From: an uncultured Rhodospirillales bacterium
GTDB lineage: Bacteria; Pseudomonadota; Alphaproteobacteria; Rhodospirillales; JAPHRK01
Assembly (NCBI GenBank): GCA_965368335.1
Contig: CBDUMN010000006.1
Location: forward strand, 1-61,401
Length of the DNA stretch: 61,401 bases
Reading direction: 5' to 3'
Position numbers and translations under genes: made by a program. The notes beneath the pieces are model-generated. The model was not told the origin of the DNA, did no database searches, and was given only the letters and a program-made list of their open reading frames with translations. Shown here one piece after another: positions 56,228 to 61,401 of this stretch (position 1 is the stretch's first letter; the number at the start of each line of letters is the position of its first letter).

Positions 56228-56965
56228 ATGGACAATGCTCAGTTTATTGAAATCGCCACACTAATTTCGGCGTTTTCGTTTGGTTTTTTAAGCTCCGTTC
56301 ATTGTGTCGGAATGTGCGGAGGGATCGCAGGAGCTTTGTCGTTGAGCATTCCGGGAGGACGGCAAGCAAGCCGTGGGCGACAGATTTTTTACAGCGCTTG
56401 TTACAATTTTGGGCGTATTTTCAGTTACGGCGTTGCGGGAACGATTGCCGCTGGGATCAGCTTTGAGACGGTGACGTTTTTTAGTCCTGAGGCTGGGCTG
56501 ATTTTTTTGCGAATTCTTTCTGCGGTGATTTTGGTGTCCATGGGGTTTTACTTGGCGGGATGGTTCCCATCATTTGCAACCTTGGAACAAGTTGGAATTC
56601 CTTTATGGCGACGGCTTGAGCCGCTTGGGAGAAAGTTTCTGCCCTTGAAGTCTCCCCTTTATGCATTTGGCTATGGTGCGGTTTGGGGATGGTTGCCTTG
56701 TGGCCTTGTTTATTCGGTGTTGCTTTATTCCGCATCAGCGGGAACTTCCCTTCAGGGAGGATTGACCATGATCATGTTCGGAATGGGGACACTTCCGGCA
56801 GTCTTCGGCATCTCGATGGCTTCGCAATGGTTCCTTGCCATGCGTCGCAAAGACGCGGTAAGAAAAGCTATTGGATTAACGGTTGTTGTTTTGGGAATGG
56901 CCAGCTTGATCTATACTGGTAGCCTGTTAGGAGAGGACTGCGCCGTTTGTGGCGTTGAAAAGTAG
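56228..56965 (+). CDS. DsbD_2 / TauE-SafE family membrane protein
   Basis: SVHCVGMCGG, YNFGR..SY, GWLPCGLVY, FGMGTLP. Confidence 0.9.
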   Translation: MDNAQFIEIATLISAFSFGFLSSVHCVGMCGGIAGALSLSIPGGRQASRGRQIFYSACYNFGRIFSYGVAGTIAAGISFETVTFFSPEAGLIFLRILSAVILVSMGFYLAGWFPSFATLEQVGIPLWRRLEPLGRKFLPLKSPLYAFGYGAVWGWLPCGLVYSVLLYSASAGTSLQGGLTMIMFGMGTLPAVFGISMASQWFLAMRRKDAVRKAIGLTVVVLGMASLIYTGSLLGEDCAVCGVEK

Positions 56966-56969
56966 ACGG

Positions 56970-57866
56970 ATGGGAATGTTGATCGGCACTTCACCTGAAT
57001 TGGGAGCCGTCCTGCGTACAGCGCAGGTAGCGGCAGCTGCCGATGTGGCCATGCTGATTCTTGGGGAGCGTGGCACCGGCAAGGAGATGCTGGCCCGAAC
57101 GATCCATCAGGATAGCTTCCGTTCTGAAAAGCCTATGGCGGTCGTCAATTGTGCGGCATTGCCCGAAAATATTTCTGAATTTGAACTGTTTGCGCAGGCC
57201 GATGGAGGAACGCTGTTCCTTGATGGCGTTGATGAATTGCCCCACTCTTGGCAAGGGCGCTTGCTCCGCTTTATGGAAACCGGAGAGAGCCTTAATGAAG
57301 AGGGCAGTGGGCTTATTCAAATTGATTCTCGGGTTATCGTGGCAAGCAGCAAGGATCTCGCCACTCTGGCTGCCGAAGGGCAGTTCCGCGAAGACCTGTT
57401 CGACCGTTTGAACGTCGTTCCCTTGGAAATGCCGCCATTGCGCGAACGAACCGGTGATGTTCCAGTGCTACTTAAAGGGCTGATGAAAGAACTGTCTGCC
57501 CAGCACGGCGTCGAAGCGCCATGGTTTTCAAGAGAGGCGACTAAGCGCCTCGAAAGCTATAGCTGGCCGGGCAATATTCGTGAATTGCGCAATCTTTGCG
57601 AACGTCTTGTCATCCTTTGCGCCGGTCAGGAAGTGACCGCAGAATCCCTGCCGCGTGAAATTCTCAACGGCTCTTCGGACGCCAATGAAGGCGGCCTTTG
57701 GGGATTCAAGTTCCCCGAGGGCGGGTTGGTGCTCGAAGAACTTGAGGTGTCGCTGATCAACATGGCCTTGGCGCGTACGGATAACAATCGGACGCATGCT
57801 GCAGCTCTGCTGGGCATTTCTCGCGATGCTCTTCTTTATCGGATGAAAAAGCACGCGTTGCGTTAA
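56970..57866 (+). CDS. Fis-HTH AAA+ (sigma54 enhancer-binding protein-like) regulator lacking GAFTGA and any input domain
   Basis: GERGTGKE, VNCAAL, GGTLFLDG, FREDL..RL, WPGNIREL, AA.LLGISR..L.YR. Confidence 0.88.
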   Translation: MGMLIGTSPELGAVLRTAQVAAAADVAMLILGERGTGKEMLARTIHQDSFRSEKPMAVVNCAALPENISEFELFAQADGGTLFLDGVDELPHSWQGRLLRFMETGESLNEEGSGLIQIDSRVIVASSKDLATLAAEGQFREDLFDRLNVVPLEMPPLRERTGDVPVLLKGLMKELSAQHGVEAPWFSREATKRLESYSWPGNIRELRNLCERLVILCAGQEVTAESLPREILNGSSDANEGGLWGFKFPEGGLVLEELEVSLINMALARTDNNRTHAAALLGISRDALLYRMKKHALR

Positions 57867-57878
57867 ACAAACAGTTCT

Positions 57879-57896
57879 TTAGGGTCCTGACCCTAG
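57879..57896. repeat. Short palindrome related to the 11251-11290 element
   Basis: TTAGGGTC-CT-GACCCTAG shares the TAGGGTC/GACCCTA ends. Confidence 0.5.
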
Positions 57897-57897
57897 G

Positions 57898-57940
57898 AAA
57901 AAAAGAAGCGGAGAGCCGGGAAGGCCTCCGCTTTTATTTT
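57898..57940. terminator. Bidirectional terminator
   Basis: A-tract, AAGCGGAG/CTCCGCTT stem, then TTATTTT. A second hairpin follows at about 57952-57990. Confidence 0.7.
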
Positions 57941-57992
57941 GGGGGATTATGAAGAGGCGGCACTGGTGGGGACGGCCGCCTCTGTTTTTTTA

Positions 57993-58454
57993 TTAGTGTT
58001 TCATATGGCCTTTCATGGCGCCCATGGCGCCGGCCTTTTCGATCTTGACGTGAGTCTTGATTTCACCGGCTTTCTCGAAGATCAGCGTCAGCGGGAACAT
58101 ATCGCCTTCTTTGAGTTGTTTGGTCAGGCCCATAAACATGACGTGGTCGCCGCCCGGCTTCAGCATAGCCATGCCGTTGGCAGGAACGGCAATGCTTTCG
58201 ACCTGCCGCATTTTCATGACGTCGCCGTCTTTGATGTGGGTGTGCAGTTCGACCTTTTTGGAAATATCAGCTTTGGCTCCAACCAGCTTATCGGCAGCGC
58301 CAGTGTTTTTAACGGTCAAGAAAGCAGCGCCTGCGCGGGCCATTTTTGCCGAAGCGCGCGCCCAGGCGCCCTCGATGGAAATATCCCCGGCAAAAGCAGG
58401 AGCCGTGAGGCCCATCATCAGGGCGGCTGCAGTGGCTGCGATGATCTTTTTCAT
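57993..58454 (-). CDS. Copper chaperone PCu(A)C
   Basis: Signal peptide; AWARA, ELHT....DVMKM, LKPGGDHVMFM; GGAGA SD before ATG 58454. Confidence 0.93.
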   Translation of the reverse strand: MKKIIAATAAALMMGLTAPAFAGDISIEGAWARASAKMARAGAAFLTVKNTGAADKLVGAKADISKKVELHTHIKDGDVMKMRQVESIAVPANGMAMLKPGGDHVMFMGLTKQLKEGDMFPLTLIFEKAGEIKTHVKIEKAGAMGAMKGHMKH

Positions 58455-58482
58455 AAAAGTGTCTCCTTCAAACGCAAAACTT

Positions 58483-59139
58483 TTAAGATCGTGAATCGAT
58501 AAATTTCTCCAGGGCCGCCGCCATGGCTTCAGGGGGGGTCCCGTAGGAGAAGGTTGTTTCAAATTGGCCGTCAGGGCCCATCAGATAAGTCGTGGCCGAA
58601 TGATCGACCGCGTAGTCTTCATCCCCCTCGCTTCCTTCAGCGCGGGCATAGTAGGTCCGGAAACTTTTAGCCAGTTGAGCAATCTCGTCTTCGGTTCCCG
58701 TCAGGCCAACGATGCTTGGATGAAACTGGACAACATAGTTGGCCATAACTTCCGGCGTGTCGCGCGGCGGATCGACGCTGATGAAAAGCGGTTGAATTTG
58801 TTTCGATTTTTCCGGCCCCAGCAGGTCCATAGCCTCGGCGATGGTGCTCAGTTCCGTTGGGCAGACATCGGGGCAGTAGGTGTAGCCGAAAAAGATCAGC
58901 ATGAAACGGCCGCGGTAATCGGTATCGCTGACCCGCGTTCCATTGTGGTGGGTCAGGGTAAAGGGCCCGCCAATGGAAATCTTTACGGGAGTCCGCGTCT
59001 CTACAATACGGTGGGCGTCGGTATCGGCGTGGCGGAATTGCGACCAGCCAATGAAAAAAATGACGGCTAGGGCTGTAACAATAACGGCGGCTTTGGTGAT
59101 CGTTCCCGGAGCGTTGCCGGGTTTGTTTTCTTCGGTCAT
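58483..59139 (-). CDS. SCO1/SenC family copper protein
   Basis: FGYTYCPDVCP, SVDPPRD, YAVDHS. Confidence 0.95.
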   Translation of the reverse strand: MTEENKPGNAPGTITKAAVIVTALAVIFFIGWSQFRHADTDAHRIVETRTPVKISIGGPFTLTHHNGTRVSDTDYRGRFMLIFFGYTYCPDVCPTELSTIAEAMDLLGPEKSKQIQPLFISVDPPRDTPEVMANYVVQFHPSIVGLTGTEDEIAQLAKSFRTYYARAEGSEGDEDYAVDHSATTYLMGPDGQFETTFSYGTPPEAMAAALEKFIDSRS

Positions 59140-59240
59140 TCAGGTTCCAACCTAATTTTTAGTCCCAACCCTTTGAGTCCCAAGAGCGGCAGAAACCCGA
59201 CCCGATGCGCAGGGTCGGACTTCCGCCAATGGGTTGGAAC
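59140..59240 (-). other. Structured 5' leader of sco with alternative pairings
   Basis: Nested stems with four G-U pairs valid only on the minus strand; GTTCCAACCC has two possible partners. Confidence 0.5.
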
Positions 59241-59309
59241 GGGGAAATAACAGCAGCCTTACGGTGGGAAATCAATGTGTGATCTCACACACACCTAAGG
59301 TGTTGAAAA

Positions 59310-61307
59310 TTAATGGAAAGTTATTTGAAGGGGTGTATCGTTTGTTGTCGTGGTTCCTTTTGTGACGGTTTGCCGTCCTTTAAAGGCGATATATCCGCTA
59401 CGGCCATAGTGGGGGAGGGGGCGTAGAATAGCCTCAAGGCTTTCGGAGTCTTTGGCGGCAACGATGGCATAGGCGATGCCATTGGTATTTTTGCCGACCC
59501 AGGCGCGAGCGGTTCCAAGGCCGGTTATCTGTTCCGGTGGCCCGCTGATCCCGTTTCTGGCCAGAAACGGCGTTACCGTTTCTTCCAGACCGATAACCAG
59601 CAGCGGGTGATTGACGTTCAGACCCGTCTCCGTATCGGCGAAACGGGGGCGTAGGTCCATCATTCGCAGAGCGAGACGGCGTGCCGTTTCTCTGGTCTTA
59701 ACCTCGGTGTCGGTTAAAAAGACCAGTGCGTTCTTTGCTAGGGTGACGTCCCGCAAAATCGGAGGCGCTTCACCTTCGGCCAAATGGCGGAATATGTCAA
59801 AAGCGGGATCGACGGCCAAGCTGTTAACGGTGCCCGATACCTGAAGTTTAAAGGTTGCATTCGCTGTTTTAAGATGTTCGAAAAACTTGATTTCTTCGCC
59901 GTTCGTCAGCGTCACGGTCAGAGGTAGCTTCATGTCGTAGACAGGCTCGCTCTGCGCAAGGGTCACGGTAACGCTGCCGCCGCTGCTATGGGCGGTGACC
60001 AGAGACAGCCGGGGCGCTCCTTTTCGGTCTAGCCATTGTTTGAAATAATTGTCGAGCGGTTGTCCCGAAGCTTGCTCGAAAGCCGCTTTCAGGTCATCCC
60101 AGGAAGCCCGGGTGAACCGATGATTACGCCAAAATCCCTTGATTGCTTTGTCGAAGGTTTCATTGCCCAGGCGATTGCGTAGCATATGGAAGAGAAATGC
60201 GACCTTGTTGTAGCCGATGACCTGGGAGGCTGTGTGCCCTTTGCTTGTGAAGCTGCGCGGTGGCGCATCTCTTTCTGGCGGAAGGGCGGCAAAATCGCGC
60301 AGCCAAGCGAGGCGGCGTTCTCTGGCTTTTTCTGAACTTTGTCTAAGCAGGAAAGCGTAGTCGGCCATATAGGTTGTGAGGCCTTCCGCCCAGTTGCCGT
60401 CGGCGTAATCGGTGAAAACCCCGTTTCCCCACCAGTTGTGCAGAATTTCGTGGCCTAAAGAGCTATCCTTAATAAATGGAAGACGCAAAACGTTTGCCCC
60501 CATATAGGTCAGGCCCTGGAAGCCATATCCGACGGGCAGAGGACCGGCGACTACGGAAAATTCGCTAAACGGATAGGGCCCGATCCATTGGCTGTAGAGA
60601 TCAATGTATTCAGCCGTTTTGCTCAAATAACCTTCGGCCAGCCCTTTCATGTCAGGCATGAAATAGGTGCGTAGGCGTAGTCCTTTGTGCATCCGTTCCG
60701 CTACGTTATAGGGACCGGCGAAAAGTGAAATATCATCCGCAGGCTGGAGCATTTCGAAAACTGCTTTGTAGCGGCGCTCCGTGGTTTCCTCTTCCAGCAG
60801 TTTTCCTGGCACGACAGCCTTGTGGAGGGGCGGCGTGTAAAGAGTTGCTTTGTAGGTGAAGAGATCCTTGCCCAGATCGGGAATCCAGCCCGAGGCGCCC
60901 GGGATAAAACTTCCCGATGGGTCGGTAAAAAAGAGGGGGCCCGAGGCTGCCTGCATGTCGTCGGGTAGGCCCGGAAGCTGCCCGTTGTACTCAAGCAGCA
61001 ACTCGTAAGGCTTGCGCCCTTCCGGAAGCCTCAGGAGCATCTCGCCCGGCTTCATCATGGCGTTGACCATCCTACCGTCGAGCCGCAAGGCGGTGACATA
61101 GAAGCTGGGAGACAATCGGATACGCAGAACGCCATCGGCAACGACGGTCATGCGGTCGGTTACTTTGAGTGAGCGGGTGTCCGGGTTGAGATAAACGGTA
61201 AGGTCGTGGGCTAGGCTTTCAACCTTGGCTATCCCCTGTGCTTGTCCGGCCAGGGGGGCGGCAAGAAGAAAAACAAAGAAAGGAATGAAAAGAAGGCGAA
61301 TCATCAT
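59310..61307 (-). CDS. M1-family (gluzincin) aminopeptidase, exported
   Basis: Signal peptide; HEILHNWWG...WAEGL (HExxH plus downstream Glu); YNK. Confidence 0.9.
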   Translation of the reverse strand: MMIRLLFIPFFVFLLAAPLAGQAQGIAKVESLAHDLTVYLNPDTRSLKVTDRMTVVADGVLRIRLSPSFYVTALRLDGRMVNAMMKPGEMLLRLPEGRKPYELLLEYNGQLPGLPDDMQAASGPLFFTDPSGSFIPGASGWIPDLGKDLFTYKATLYTPPLHKAVVPGKLLEEETTERRYKAVFEMLQPADDISLFAGPYNVAERMHKGLRLRTYFMPDMKGLAEGYLSKTAEYIDLYSQWIGPYPFSEFSVVAGPLPVGYGFQGLTYMGANVLRLPFIKDSSLGHEILHNWWGNGVFTDYADGNWAEGLTTYMADYAFLLRQSSEKARERRLAWLRDFAALPPERDAPPRSFTSKGHTASQVIGYNKVAFLFHMLRNRLGNETFDKAIKGFWRNHRFTRASWDDLKAAFEQASGQPLDNYFKQWLDRKGAPRLSLVTAHSSGGSVTVTLAQSEPVYDMKLPLTVTLTNGEEIKFFEHLKTANATFKLQVSGTVNSLAVDPAFDIFRHLAEGEAPPILRDVTLAKNALVFLTDTEVKTRETARRLALRMMDLRPRFADTETGLNVNHPLLVIGLEETVTPFLARNGISGPPEQITGLGTARAWVGKNTNGIAYAIVAAKDSESLEAILRPLPHYGRSGYIAFKGRQTVTKGTTTTNDTPLQITFH

Positions 61308-61401
61308 TTGTGTGGATCTGTCCGCTCTTTCTTGTGGAGTTCATTCAGGCTTGGGAATTTAGCGATCAGTTGGAGGGTCTGCTGGCCCCGGTGTATAGTC
61401 A
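61304..61401 (-). CDS. 3' end of an upstream gene, possibly a PDZ-domain (ChaN-type) protein; partial
   Basis: Hand translation ...TIHRGQQTLQLIAKFPSLNELHKKERTDPHK*; its TGA overlaps the peptidase ATG (ATGA). Confidence 0.55.
   Translation of the reverse strand, partial: TIHRGQQTLQLIAKFPSLNELHKKERTDPHK

Noticed and set aside
58455-58562. N-terminal extensions in the ORF track (PCu(A)C, and likewise 3779, 4231, 15222, 45426, 46828, 56132)
   Set aside because: They overlap neighbouring genes or lack an SD; the downstream starts match family N-termini.
1-61401. Genome-wide TAG reassignment or pyrrolysine
   Set aside because: Nine genes end in TAG, several at family-typical C-termini (DUF1192, metY, glycerate kinase), and readthrough at 24145 or 36534 would run into convergent genes. 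No pyl genes or suppressor tRNA are in the window.

Overview
A 61.4-kb gene-dense chromosomal window. It is probably from an Alphaproteobacterium, most likely Rhodospirillales-like; this is inferred from DUF1192, DUF2336, the rluD-rpoH pairing, a Cle-type regulator, a FecR/FG-GAP giant protein and CtrA-type boxes. No rRNA, tRNA, CRISPR array, transposase, integrase or phage genes are visible. Main content: a metY-hydrolase-thioesterase-alkA operon, an RND efflux pair, transporters (Kef, MscS, SpmAB, EamA, Pit), an orphan radical SAM enzyme, gabD, a c-di-GMP/phosphorelay locus, a 1986-aa surface protein, rluD-rpoH, a pseudokinase plus membrane-protein pair, purA-hisZ and a copper/oxidase-assembly cluster. 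Points most worth a second look: (1) the 500-bp DUF1192-metY intergenic region appears to hold two unannotated structured RNAs, one behind a CtrA-type box and one behind tandem PhaR-type boxes and an FNR-like box; (2) two otherwise intact genes are each split by a single in-frame TAG; (3) a structured 5' leader of sco can form two mutually exclusive pairings, one covering the translation start region; (4) a duplicated REC-Hpt relay lies between a diguanylate cyclase and a Cle-type protein; (5) a degenerate kinase and a degenerate enhancer-binding protein are kept as intact ORFs. All functional calls come from motif recognition by eye, and no database search was run.
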